DNA from: an uncultured Gammaproteobacteria bacterium
GTDB taxonomy: Bacteria > Pseudomonadota > Gammaproteobacteria > GCA-001735895
Assembly: GCA_963793595.1 (NCBI GenBank)
Contig: CAWCBX010000101.1
Coordinates: 243-64,242, forward strand
DNA length: 64,000 nt
Direction: 5' to 3'
Made by a program: the position numbers and the translations under genes. The notes under the pieces are model-generated. The model saw nothing but the letters and a program-made list of their open reading frames with translations, ran no database searches and was not told where the DNA came from. Of the stretch, positions 30,508 to 41,100 are shown piece after piece. Every line of letters begins with the position of its first letter. Within the stretch, counting starts at the first letter, position 1.

Positions 30508-31397
30508 ACACCCATCATCAGTGCGGCGTTTTCGCTCAGTAACCTGGTTAGAAACATGCAAACCGCATCGACACGCGCAACATGGCGCAGATCCTCGTGC
30601 ACGACTAACCAGTAGGTACGCTCTACTGAAATCTGCTCTGGTAGTACCACTTGCAACCTGTTTTCCCGCTGCGCCATGAAACAATGCACCAGGCCGAGGC
30701 CGAGACCGCCGAGTATCGCGTTGTACTGCGCGCTGACGTTGGTGCTGCGAAACACGACGTGCGCATTTTTAATCGTATTGTCGAAAAATCGAAGTTCCGG
30801 CATTTCAATCAGATCTTCAATGTAGGAAACAAACCCGTGCCGGGACAAATCCTCGGGGCGAGTTATCGGGGGATGATTGGTAAGGTAGTCCCGGGTCGCA
30901 TACAAGCGCAGGCGATAATCGCAGAGCTTCCAGGCAATCAGGCGACCACTTTCAGGACGCGAGAAACTGATGGCGATATCGGCTTCACGCTTGGACAGGC
31001 TCGTACGGCGGGTTTCTGCTACCAACTCGATTTCGATATCGGGATGCTCCCGGCAAAATGACGTTACATGCCGGGCGATTACCTGTGATCCCAGCGCTTC
31101 GGGCGCGGCCACGCGCACCGTGCCGCCAAGGCGCGCGTCTTTGCCCGCAATATCCTGGTAGAGCTGGTTGGAGCGGGTTTCTATTTGCTCGGCCAGCGGC
31201 AGCAAGCGTAAGCCGGCGTCAGTAAGCTGGTAACCACTTGGTGACTTGTCGAACAGACGCACATCGAGTTGTTTTTCCAGTGCGGTAATGCGCCGACTTA
31301 CCGTGGTGTGGTCGACATGTAAGCGTGCGGCCGCACGCACCAGCTTCCCCTGGCGCGAAAGCTCGAGAAAATAACGCAGGTCGTTCCAGTCATACAT
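30504..31397 (-). CDS. LysR-family transcriptional regulator (MmsR-like, divergent from mmsA)
   Basis: 297 aa. N-terminal wHTH (LRYFLELSRQGKLVRAAARLHVDHTTVSRRITALE). The 3' end overlaps the convergent upstream gene by 4 nt. Confidence 0.9.
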   Translation of the reverse strand: MYDWNDLRYFLELSRQGKLVRAAARLHVDHTTVSRRITALEKQLDVRLFDKSPSGYQLTDAGLRLLPLAEQIETRSNQLYQDIAGKDARLGGTVRVAAPEALGSQVIARHVTSFCREHPDIEIELVAETRRTSLSKREADIAISFSRPESGRLIAWKLCDYRLRLYATRDYLTNHPPITRPEDLSRHGFVSYIEDLIEMPELRFFDNTIKNAHVVFRSTNVSAQYNAILGGLGLGLVHCFMAQRENRLQVVLPEQISVERTYWLVVHEDLRHVARVDAVCMFLTRLLSENAALMMGV

Positions 31398-31420
31398 GTG
31401 TAAAAATGCACATTGGATGT

Positions 31421-31438
31421 GGATATCAGACTATATCC
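31421..31438. promoter_or_regulatory. candidate LysR-type binding dyad GGATAT-N6-ATATCC
   Basis: An 18-bp dyad lies in the 103-bp divergent LysR/mmsA spacer. No experimental or comparative support available here. Confidence 0.25.
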
Positions 31439-31500
31439 TTGCATAAATATCTTGTCTATACTGCCCGTCCGTTTAGCCATATACCCTTGCAGGAGCCATC

Positions 31501-33027
31501 ATGAGCCAGCCAGCCGCAGCCGTATCCTCTGAAATCAACCAGCTTAGCCACTATATCAACGGCGAACACGTCGCCGGCACCAGCGGCCGCTTTGGCGATA
31601 TTTTCAATCCCAGCAAGGGCGTAAAAATCAGCGCAGTGCCGCTGGCATCGAAATCCGAGGTCGAAGCCGCCATCGCGGTCGCCCAAGAAGCCTTTCCGGC
31701 ATGGGCTGCGACGTCGGTATTGCAACGTTCGCGCATCATGGCGCGCTACGTGCAGTTACTTTATAAGCACCAGCATGAACTTGCCACACTGGTTTCAATC
31801 GAACACGGCAAGGTCATCGAGGACGCCATGGGATCGGTGTTGCGCGGTATCGAAGTGGCAGAATTCGCCTGCGGCGCACCGCATGCTCAAAAAGGCGAGT
31901 TCTCCGACAATGTGGCGCGTGGAATCGATATCTATTCGATGCGCAAACCGCTCGGCGTAGTTGCCGGCATAACGCCTTTCAATTTCCCGGCGATGATTCC
32001 CCTGTGGATGGCCGGAATGGCGCTGATTACTGGTAACACCGTGGTGCTGAAACCTTCGGAAAAAGATCCTTCCTGTCCCATGCGGCTGGCGGAATTATTT
32101 GTCGAGGCAGGTGCACCTCCGGGCGTGTTTAACGTGGTTAACGGTGACAAGGAAGCTGTCGACACGCTGCTGCAGGATGAACGCGTCAAGGCCATCAGTT
32201 TCGTTGGTTCAACCCCGATTGCGAAGTATGTCTACGCTACAGCAACTGCCAATGGTAAACGCTGCCAGGCCATGGGCGGCGCCAAGAACCACATGTTGAT
32301 CCTGCCAGATGCCAACCTCGATGATGTCGCCAATGCGCTAATGGGTGCAGCCTATGGCTCAGCCGGGGAACGTTGCATGGCAATTTCAGTCGGCGTTTGT
32401 GTCGGTGACGAAGTCGCCGACAAATTAATCGATATATTAAAGCCACGGGTCGAAGCACTACGCATCGGCTCCAGCCTGGATACCGATCTCGAGATGGGCC
32501 CGCTGGTGACCAGGGAGCACCGCGAAAAAGTCATCAATTATATTCAGATGGCGCAGGATGAAGGTTCGCGCCTGGTGGTCGATGGTCGCGATTTTGTTTG
32601 CGAAGGGCACGAGAATGGTTACTTTCTGGGCGGCTCTCTGATTGATAATGTGACCCCCGAAATGCAGTCCTACCAGGAAGAAATTTTCGGGCCGGTGCTA
32701 CAAATAATGCGCGTGGGTTCTTTCGACGAAGGGGCTGCGCTGGCTACCGATCACCCCTATGGCAATGGTACTTCCATTTTCACCAAAAACGGCGCCGCTG
32801 CACGCACCTTTGCCGACAAGGTTGAAGTCGGCATGGTTGGTATCAATGTGCCGATTCCGGTGCCGCTGGCCTTCCATAGCTTTGGTGGCTGGAAATCTTC
32901 CGCTTTTGGCGATCACAATCAGTACGGCATGGAAGCTTTACGTTTTTACACCAAGGTGAAAACCGTAACCGCGCGCTGGCTGGATAGCGAACTTGATACT
33001 GAATTCACCATGCCGGTACTCAAATAG
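31501..33027 (+). CDS. mmsA: CoA-acylating methylmalonate-semialdehyde dehydrogenase
   Basis: 508 aa. ALDH superfamily with the MmsA-type pattern (ITPFNFPAMIPLWM, catalytic Cys in GERCMA). Confidence 0.9.
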   Translation: MSQPAAAVSSEINQLSHYINGEHVAGTSGRFGDIFNPSKGVKISAVPLASKSEVEAAIAVAQEAFPAWAATSVLQRSRIMARYVQLLYKHQHELATLVSIEHGKVIEDAMGSVLRGIEVAEFACGAPHAQKGEFSDNVARGIDIYSMRKPLGVVAGITPFNFPAMIPLWMAGMALITGNTVVLKPSEKDPSCPMRLAELFVEAGAPPGVFNVVNGDKEAVDTLLQDERVKAISFVGSTPIAKYVYATATANGKRCQAMGGAKNHMLILPDANLDDVANALMGAAYGSAGERCMAISVGVCVGDEVADKLIDILKPRVEALRIGSSLDTDLEMGPLVTREHREKVINYIQMAQDEGSRLVVDGRDFVCEGHENGYFLGGSLIDNVTPEMQSYQEEIFGPVLQIMRVGSFDEGAALATDHPYGNGTSIFTKNGAAARTFADKVEVGMVGINVPIPVPLAFHSFGGWKSSAFGDHNQYGMEALRFYTKVKTVTARWLDSELDTEFTMPVLK

Positions 33028-33069
33028 CGGATCTGTCGATTCGTTTGCAATCGATTCTATTCCTGAACA

Positions 33070-33096
33070 CCACCCTCATTCTGTTGAGGGTGGTTT
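33070..33096 (+). terminator. intrinsic terminator after mmsA
   Basis: CCACCCTCA(33070-33078)-TTCTGT-TGAGGGTGG(33085-33093), followed by TTT. Confidence 0.5.
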
Positions 33097-33116
33097 ACCT
33101 AATCGGCAGCTAATCT

Positions 33117-33824
33117 CTAATTGCTGAAACCGTAGTCGTAATTCTGTGTCCCGCTGGCATTAAATACCTGCGCATGAAACGAAACGATGACGCGATCCTC
33201 TGCGCCGTTATAGGGGAAGGGCATGTGCTTGATATGTGAAGGAAATATACACAACTTGCCATCCTCGGGATAAGAATCCCAGTTGCTATCGTGCAGATAA
33301 TAATTGCCGTAATCTCCAAAACCACCCGCCATGTGTTCAAGATGCGGGCCATAGAAACGGGTCACTCCGTTCGGTTGTTCGCCGCGATGCGAATCCGGCC
33401 CCGTGCTGCAGTCGGCGGCACGCACGTAATAAACCCCGGACCAGGAACAGTTTCCATGCACATGCATTTCGTGAAAGGAATGATTGTTCGATATCTGAAA
33501 CCAGAGGCCGGTGATGTTGACACGCACCTTTTCACTCTCTCGCCATAAGCCTTGATTGGCTTCCCTGGCCACCTCTACAATCCCCTGGCTTATGAACTCC
33601 GCAAGCTCATTCAGTTCGTTGTGTAATGGATATTTGCTGAGCAGGTCGTCGTGGCTGGCATAGGCCTGTTTTGTGCCGCGTTGTTCGCGCTCGCGGTGAG
33701 CATAAAACAGTTCGAGCAAGGCCGGATTCACCTTTTGATAATGCGCGAATCGCTTGGCCAGCATGGTCGTTGGCCATAGCTTGATAATATTTGGATTACC
33801 GACCGCTTTGGGTTTTTTTGCCAT
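33117..33824 (-). CDS. putative 2OG-Fe(II) oxygenase-like protein (TIGR02466 / 2OG-FeII_Oxy_5-like)
   Basis: 235 aa. Motifs HVHGNCSWSGVYY, GKLCIFPSHIKH and RVIVSFH match the H-x-H ... SGVYY ... FPS..H ... R..SF pattern of that family, from memory of the family signature. Confidence 0.6.
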   Translation of the reverse strand: MAKKPKAVGNPNIIKLWPTTMLAKRFAHYQKVNPALLELFYAHREREQRGTKQAYASHDDLLSKYPLHNELNELAEFISQGIVEVAREANQGLWRESEKVRVNITGLWFQISNNHSFHEMHVHGNCSWSGVYYVRAADCSTGPDSHRGEQPNGVTRFYGPHLEHMAGGFGDYGNYYLHDSNWDSYPEDGKLCIFPSHIKHMPFPYNGAEDRVIVSFHAQVFNASGTQNYDYGFSN

Positions 33825-33865
33825 AGTAGTTTTATCGGGTTCTCAGTACGTTAACGGTTAAAGTT

Positions 33866-34786
33866 CTAGGGCAGCCTGGTCCTGGCAAAGCGATGGCATT
33901 TTTTGATATAGATCGCAGTACTTTTTGGCATCGGTACCCGCGCGCCGGCAATGTAACTGATTAGTCGCCTGCCTTCCTGGATCAAATCTCGAGCGTAGGC
34001 TATGCGCATGCGCAGAATTTGATCAGCATCACCTGGCACCTCGGGTCTGAATTCATCGAGCAGTTCGCCCAGTGCTACGAAGTTTGGCCATACCTGAAAA
34101 ATACGCGGGTCCTTCTTCATGGTTTCAGCAGCTTGTCGGGCCGCTATCGCGTAATCAACCACCAGGACTTTCAACCCGGCAAAATAAGTTCGGCTGCCGA
34201 ATACCTCTATCATGCAATCGGCCACGTCATCGATTTCGCGCATGCTTTGCGCGATCTTGATAAATCTCGATTGGTAGAAGTCAGCGATGGGCATGGTAAA
34301 AGCTTTAAAGGGTTCGCCCCAGACTTCGTCAATGCCTTCACAACCGCTGTGATGCTTAACCTGCTGTCCCAGGGTTAATGCTTCCTGGAAGCAATCGCTG
34401 CACTGACGCATCAATTCGTTGCCGTGGCTAACCTGGACACCCAGCTCACCGAGATCCACGATCGCGGTAAACAAGTCGGTGGCGCGATTAAACAACGCAC
34501 CGGCCAGCATCGCTGCATTTACGCGCTTGCAATCGGGATCGGTCTCTTTTTCATAGGCTTCGCGGGCAAGTTCCAGGCTGCTACCCGGGGTGTTTATGCC
34601 CGCTTCGGTGTGGTGGAAAGCACGCCGCGTGAGGCTATCGATCAAACGTTTTCGATTCGCCAGCGTATCTTGCAATGGCGCATAATAGCGAATCCAGTAA
34701 CCATCGTAGAAAACATACTCGATGGAATCGATAACACGACGAGTGCCGTCTGTCGGTGGTGAGTTACTTTCGGTAGCGGTGGCCAT
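33866..34786 (-). CDS. hypothetical protein, predicted all-alpha, no family recognised
   Basis: 306-aa ORF, 41 nt upstream of the oxygenase-like gene on the same strand. Contains CxxC (RQCSDCF) and His/Cys clusters (HHSGCEG). The antisense ORFs look spurious. Confidence 0.6.
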   Translation of the reverse strand: MATATESNSPPTDGTRRVIDSIEYVFYDGYWIRYYAPLQDTLANRKRLIDSLTRRAFHHTEAGINTPGSSLELAREAYEKETDPDCKRVNAAMLAGALFNRATDLFTAIVDLGELGVQVSHGNELMRQCSDCFQEALTLGQQVKHHSGCEGIDEVWGEPFKAFTMPIADFYQSRFIKIAQSMREIDDVADCMIEVFGSRTYFAGLKVLVVDYAIAARQAAETMKKDPRIFQVWPNFVALGELLDEFRPEVPGDADQILRMRIAYARDLIQEGRRLISYIAGARVPMPKSTAIYIKKCHRFARTRLP

Positions 34787-34963
34787 TGAGTCCGCGTGTT
34801 GTTTCTATCATTAGGGATCTGACAATCATAAATCAATCCGGCTACAATGTTATGAAATCTATTGAGGTAATCAATTAAAATTTTGAATACAGGGAAGACG
34901 CCTGGCTCATCCTGTGAGCCGTTATCACTTCATAATGGCTCGGGTTAACAAAATAATCTTGCC

Positions 34964-37900
34964 ATGGCCTTAACTATCCTGAGTTCAAATCGCGTCGAAA
35001 CACTGCAATCAAGACTGACGCGGCAACTCATGGCGCAGCCACTGCATGATCCGTTCGCGCAGGAAGTGATCGTGGTTCCTACCTACGCCATGGCACGCTG
35101 GTTAAATTTACGCATTGCCCAGCAACAGGGGGTCGCGGCGAATATCGATTATCCGCAGGTAGGCGAATGGATATGGACGCTGGCTGGGACGATCCTGGAT
35201 AGCACACCAGAACAGGACCCTTACTCCAGAGATGCGCTCAACTGGCAGGTGTTCAGTCTACTGCCCGGTCTGCTGGAACAGGAATCGTTTGCGCCATTAC
35301 TTCGCTACCTGGATGACGATCATAGCGGCCTCAAGCGCTGGCAGCTGGCACAACGCATCGCCGCAGCCTTCGATCGCTACCAGCTTTATCGCCCCGAAAA
35401 AATTCGCACCTGGTCGGCCGGGGACGAGCATCACTGGCAGGCCCGGTTATGGCGTGCAATTGTCACTACCAGGAAACAGGAACATCGACTTGAAGTTATC
35501 GGCAGCGTAATCGACCGGCTCAGCGATGACTCTCAGGCGATTGAGCTGCCAGAGCGTATTAGTCTGTTCGCGATGTCGCGACTGGCACCGGTTTTTATCG
35601 AGTTTATTCATGCCCTCGCCAGCAGAACCGAGATTCTACTATATCAACACAACCCAACCGATCAGTACTGGGCCGACCTGGTCAGTGAGAAAGTACAGGC
35701 GCGCAGGCGCTTACAAAATCCCGATCATGTTGAGTACTTCGATACCAGCAACAGTTTGTTGGCTGCGTGGGGCAAACAGGGACAGGCGATGCAGGATCTG
35801 TTGCTGGATCTTGGCTCGATCACGGCTACCGAAATCGAGGCCAATCATCCTCCCGGCGGTGACAGTATTTTACAGTGCCTGCAGGGCAGCCTGTTCAGGC
35901 TTGAGCCGCCGGCCCCGGGAATGATTATCGACGATTCGGTTTCGGTTCATATTTGTCACAGTCCGATGCGTGAATGCCAGGTTTTGCACAACCACCTGCT
36001 GGGCTTGCTGGATCGACATGCCGATCTGTCGTGCGAAGACATTCTCGTCATGGTGCCGGAAATCAGTCGCTATGCGCCGTACATCGAGGCGGTTTTTCAG
36101 CACGATGCCAGCGGCAAGCGTCCCGGCCTGGCGTGGAACATCTCCGATATCAGCGTCAGCGATGGTCACCCGCTGGTCGGAGTATTTTTGCAACTGCTAA
36201 ACCTGCCCCGCAGTCGCTTTACGCGCTCCGAGGTTCTGGCTTATCTCGAATGTGCTGAAATTCGCAATCGTTTCGGCATCGAACCGCAAATGCTCGAAGA
36301 TATATACCAAATGGTTGAATCGGCACAGGTGCGTTGGGGAATCGATGCCAGCCAGCGCCACGCTTTAGGTCTTCCCGCAATTCATGAAAATACCTGGCAA
36401 CAGGCCTGGGAACGATTTTTTGCCGGATATTCATTGGCCGACGATGGCCTCTGGCAGGGAATCGCGCCTATCGCCGAAATCGGCACCGATAGTGTGGTGG
36501 CGATAGCACGCTTGCGTTATCTGTTCGAACGCCTGGTCTACTGGCAGCAAAAACTGGGTAACACAGCCAGTACCATTGTATGGCAGCAGCGCCTGCATCA
36601 GCTGATCGAAGAATTCCTGGCCCCCCGGGTAGTGACCGAGGACCTGCTGCAGCCGCTGCGGAATGCGATTAGTGAGCTCGGTCAATCCGAATCCGTCGAG
36701 TTGAGTCCCGCGCTGGTCAGCTACTGGATGGAACAACAGTTGGCAACAAACCAGCAACCCGGGATGCTCTACTCGGGGGGCATCACCTTCTGTGGCATGC
36801 AACCCATGCGCAACATCCCGTTTCCGGTAATCTGTGTGCTGGGAATGCAGGATAATGCTTTTCCGCGCAGGGAGCATTCTGCCGAGTTTGATCTGATGCG
36901 TCAGCAATGGCGCCCGGGCGACCCGCATAAAGGCGATGAAGACCGCTACCTGATGCTTGAAACCTTGCTCTGTGCGCGCCGATATCTCTATTTCAGTTAT
37001 TGTGGACGCAGTCTCAAGGACAATAGCGAGTGCCAGCCATCGGTGCTACTACGCGAACTGCTCGACTATATAGATACCAGTTTTGGCGCCGCCGCAGATG
37101 GTCAGGAGGTGAGTCAGCAAATTTGCCGGGTTCATCCTATGCAACCCTTTTCGAGTAGAAACTTCCAGCCAGACGTGCCCGGTTACGATCAATACTGGTA
37201 CGAGACTTCTGTTCAGCTTGAAACCAGTAGCACGCTGAACCAGAACTCATCCTGGCCGCAGAAAACGCTTACCCCGGTGACAGATTTCGAAAACGAAATC
37301 GACCTCGCTACACTAGTACGTTTTTTCGCCCATCCCATCCGCTATTTCTTCAACTCGCGACTAGGCGTAAGAATTCCAGTGCAATCGACTTCGACAGACG
37401 AAGAAAGTTTTGCCCTGCAGGGATTACACAAGTGGAAACTGGCAGAGCGTTTAGCTGAAAACCTTCTGCGCGGCAGTCAGAACGACGCTCAACAATTCTC
37501 GGCAGAAGGTTTATTGCCTCATGGCAGAGCTGCCAATAGCGAATGGCTGTCACTGCAGTCGGAATACCAGACGCTGCTGGACCAACTGGGCCAATTCCGT
37601 AGCCTTCCATCGGCTAGCAGGCCCGTCGAGTGTAGCCTTGAAAACGGGCTGTTGCTGTTTGGCGAAGTTGACGCCTGTTACACGGGTATCGGCTTAATGC
37701 ATTTCAGCGCGAGTAAAACTGTCAGCAGCAGGGCACTGCTCTCACTCTGGCTGAATCACCTGGCGCTGTGTGCCACGCAGCAGTTGGCGGGCGATGAAAT
37801 CAGCCAATTGATTATTCCGGCTGGCAAAGGAAAGCGTTTTGAACATCTCGAGGCGGACAGCGCCAAAGCACTGCTGGTAAACTATGTCCGCTTGTTTCAA

Positions 37901-38167
37901 CAGGGCCTCGACTGCCCTCTTCCGGTGTTTCCAAATACCAGTTACGCCTGGGCATCACATGAAGACCCCGAAGTCGCGATGAACAAAGCGCTCGCCGTCT
38001 GGAACGGGGGCAGCTACAGGAATGCCCCGCGTGGGGAACGTGAAGACGAATTTATCAGGCTTGCTTTGCATAACACCGCGCCAAACCCTCTCGCGGACAT
38101 GCTGTTCCAGGAGTACGCATGGCAAATATATTCCCCCGCGATGGAACACGGCGGCGACGATGACTAA
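34964..38167 (+). CDS. recC: exodeoxyribonuclease V gamma subunit
   Basis: 1067 aa. RecC N-terminal pattern (ILSSNRVETLQSRL..., VIVVPTYAMARWL) and position ahead of recB-recD. Confidence 0.92.
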   Translation: MALTILSSNRVETLQSRLTRQLMAQPLHDPFAQEVIVVPTYAMARWLNLRIAQQQGVAANIDYPQVGEWIWTLAGTILDSTPEQDPYSRDALNWQVFSLLPGLLEQESFAPLLRYLDDDHSGLKRWQLAQRIAAAFDRYQLYRPEKIRTWSAGDEHHWQARLWRAIVTTRKQEHRLEVIGSVIDRLSDDSQAIELPERISLFAMSRLAPVFIEFIHALASRTEILLYQHNPTDQYWADLVSEKVQARRRLQNPDHVEYFDTSNSLLAAWGKQGQAMQDLLLDLGSITATEIEANHPPGGDSILQCLQGSLFRLEPPAPGMIIDDSVSVHICHSPMRECQVLHNHLLGLLDRHADLSCEDILVMVPEISRYAPYIEAVFQHDASGKRPGLAWNISDISVSDGHPLVGVFLQLLNLPRSRFTRSEVLAYLECAEIRNRFGIEPQMLEDIYQMVESAQVRWGIDASQRHALGLPAIHENTWQQAWERFFAGYSLADDGLWQGIAPIAEIGTDSVVAIARLRYLFERLVYWQQKLGNTASTIVWQQRLHQLIEEFLAPRVVTEDLLQPLRNAISELGQSESVELSPALVSYWMEQQLATNQQPGMLYSGGITFCGMQPMRNIPFPVICVLGMQDNAFPRREHSAEFDLMRQQWRPGDPHKGDEDRYLMLETLLCARRYLYFSYCGRSLKDNSECQPSVLLRELLDYIDTSFGAAADGQEVSQQICRVHPMQPFSSRNFQPDVPGYDQYWYETSVQLETSSTLNQNSSWPQKTLTPVTDFENEIDLATLVRFFAHPIRYFFNSRLGVRIPVQSTSTDEESFALQGLHKWKLAERLAENLLRGSQNDAQQFSAEGLLPHGRAANSEWLSLQSEYQTLLDQLGQFRSLPSASRPVECSLENGLLLFGEVDACYTGIGLMHFSASKTVSSRALLSLWLNHLALCATQQLAGDEISQLIIPAGKGKRFEHLEADSAKALLVNYVRLFQQGLDCPLPVFPNTSYAWASHEDPEVAMNKALAVWNGGSYRNAPRGEREDEFIRLALHNTAPNPLADMLFQEYAWQIYSPAMEHGGDDD

Positions 38168-41100
38168 GTCCCGGACGATAATAAATCTCGATGCCGGGGC
38201 TATCCTGGAGCTTGATCTGAATGGTATCAAGCTCATCGAAGCCAGTGCTGGAACCGGCAAAACACATACTATTGCCGATCTTTACCTGCGGCATATTCTC
38301 GACGGCAGGCAGACCTCGCAAATCCTGATTGTTACCTATACCAATGCGGCCACGGACGAATTAAGAGGTCGCATTCGTAAACGGCTTTACGATGCGCTGA
38401 ATCTGTTCGACCAGCCCGGTGCCGACAAGGACGAACTTTTCCAGTTACTGCTGGAACAATGGCAAGGCCTCGATGAAGCCACCCGTGCGGTGCAAAAGCG
38501 GCGTCTGCAACTGGCCTTACGCAGTATGGACGAGGCTTCAATTTCAACGATACACAGTTTCTGTCAGCGTAGTCTGCAGGAAAACGCGCTATCCGGTAAC
38601 CAGCTTTTTGACAGTGATATGTTGACCAACGATGACCAGCTCTGGGAAGCAGCGATTAAAGACTGGTGGCGACGTCAGACCTATGACACGGATAGTGATA
38701 CCTGGAATCTGATAGGCGACCAGCTTCCGGATTTAAATAGCCTGATCGCAACCCTGCTCGAGTTGCGCAACAAGCCTTCAGTAAAATTGATTCCCTCCGC
38801 CGAGGGCAGCATAGCAAGCCTGCTAGATCGGGCGCGCAATATTACCAGTTCCTTGCGACAGCTGGCGCCACTATGGCGGCAACACCGCTCCGCTATCGTA
38901 CGAGTCGTATCGGGCTCGAAAGCATTGAGCCGCGCTGCAAAATTACCCTACCATCCACAACGGGTCGATGCATTCCTTGACACCGCTGATAAGTTTTTCA
39001 ATGCCGAAGAAGTAAATACTGTATTCGAAAACTTTGAGTATTTGGGGACAAAGTGGCTTGAGCAAAACTCGAAACCCAGCAAAAAGGGGCAGGACCCCGA
39101 ACTGGAACATGAATTTTTCCAGGCGGTTAACCCGGTCGCGCAATGCTGGCAAAGCTTTATCAACTCAATTGCAGCGCAACTCCGTGCCGATGCTTTTCAT
39201 ACTGTCTCCCGACGGGTACTCGAAAACAAACGTGAAATTGCCTCACTCGCCTTTCAGGACCAGCTATCGTTGTTACTCGAAGCACTCGAATCAGGCAGCG
39301 GTGCGGCTCTCGCAGAGAGCCTCAGGCAACAGTATCCGGTCGCGATGATCGACGAATTTCAGGATACCGATACCATTCAGTACAAGATTTTCAAGCATAT
39401 TTACATGTCCGTTGAAATGGCTAACCTGACCCTGATCGGTGATCCCAAACAGGCGATATACAGTTTCCGCGGCGGTGATATTTTTACTTATATGCAAGCC
39501 AGGCAATTAAACGGCGTAGACCTGTTTGACCTGCAAACCAACTGGCGTTCCCAGCCGCAGTTGGTGCAGGCAACCAATACGCTTTTTTCGCATCGTCCCG
39601 AGGCCTTCATTTACCACGATTCAATCGCTTTTACGGCGGTCGAAGCGGTGGCGCTAAATAAGAACCATGAACTTCGTTTACAGGATCAGGCAGCGACCGC
39701 GATGACTTTGTGGCAGCTGCCGCTAAAGGAACCGAAGGTAAACTATTCGCGCGATGAAATGCGCGACCTGATAAACCAGGCGATCGTAATCGAGATCGCC
39801 GACCTGCTCGAAAAAGCAGCTCGGAAATGCGCGACTATCGATGGGCGAGTGGTGAAAAGCGGTGATATCGCGATACTGGTGCGCCAGGCTTCCGAGGGGC
39901 ATGCCCTGAGTCGACTACTGCATCACCACGGTATCCGTACGGTAACTATTGGCAGGGATTCTGTTTTCAAAAGCGATGAAGCTCGCGGGCTCTACGATTT
40001 AATGCTTGCCATTTCACAGTATCGGGATCCCACAGCCGCCACGCGTTCGTTGTCATCCAGCCTGCTTAACCTGGATTACCGGCAAATAGCCGCGGTAGTC
40101 GACGATGACGCTACCTGGCAAAGCTGGCTCGACAAACTCGATGAATTGCAACAACTCTGGGAAAGACATGGCTTCATAGCAATGTTTCAATCAATGCTGC
40201 ATAAATTTGACATCACCAGCCAGCTGACACAACAGGACAGTAACGAAAGGCGCATCACCAACTTACTGCAGCTGGCTGAATTGCTGCAACAACAATCCAC
40301 GATTACTACCGGAATGTCACCCATGCTTGGCTGGTTTCAGCAGCAGTTCGAAGAAGATGGTAACGAAGATGCAGAATTGCGCCTGCAAGATGACGAGGCC
40401 CTGGTCAAGATTATAACCATTCATAAATCCAAGGGCTTGCAGTACCCGATTGTATTCGTACCTTTTCTGTGGTCCTGCAAACAGGTCGACCGTGCTAAAG
40501 CGGTATATTTTCATGATGCAGAATTCTTGCCCTGTGTTGACCTCGGCTCTCCCGATCTAGAACAGAACTGGCTGAAAGCGGAAAAAGAGCGGCTCGCGGA
40601 GGATGTCAGACTATTGTATGTCGCGCTGACACGCGCGCGCTCCAAGGTTTACCTGGCCTGGGGCGAGGCCGGAAACCCTGCTCGATCAGGCTATGCGAAA
40701 CAGACCGCATTGGCTTATCTGCTACATTCGAAACAGACCCCGCATGATCTCGATTCAATCTCGCCGGACGGTTTTCCCAGGGGCATGGAGTTTGCCACCG
40801 ATCTACAGGCCCTGGTAGACGCCAGTGCAACGAGCATTGAGTTGCGGCCGTTACCCCGGGGTGACATATCCTCGGTTTTTCGCTCAAGTGAGTTAGAACT
40901 GCCAGCCGCGCAACTTGCAACGTTTTCACGTGGCAACATGACCCAATGGCGAATAAACAGCTTTACCGCGCTAACCCGAGGCATTCATCAACCAGCCCAC
41001 TTCGGTGACATCGCCAGCCAGGGTGACCCCTTCCTCGATTTTCCAGCCGGTAGTCACGTCGGGCTGCTGGTTCATTCATTGCTGGAGAATATCGATTTCC

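Noticed and set aside
38022-38159. Upstream extension of the recB ORF (track start 38022).
   Set aside because: The extension lies entirely inside recC and reads like out-of-frame sequence. The ATG at 38160 (MTKSRT…) gives a normal RecB N-terminus about 25 residues before the Walker A motif, and a typical 8-nt overlap with recC.
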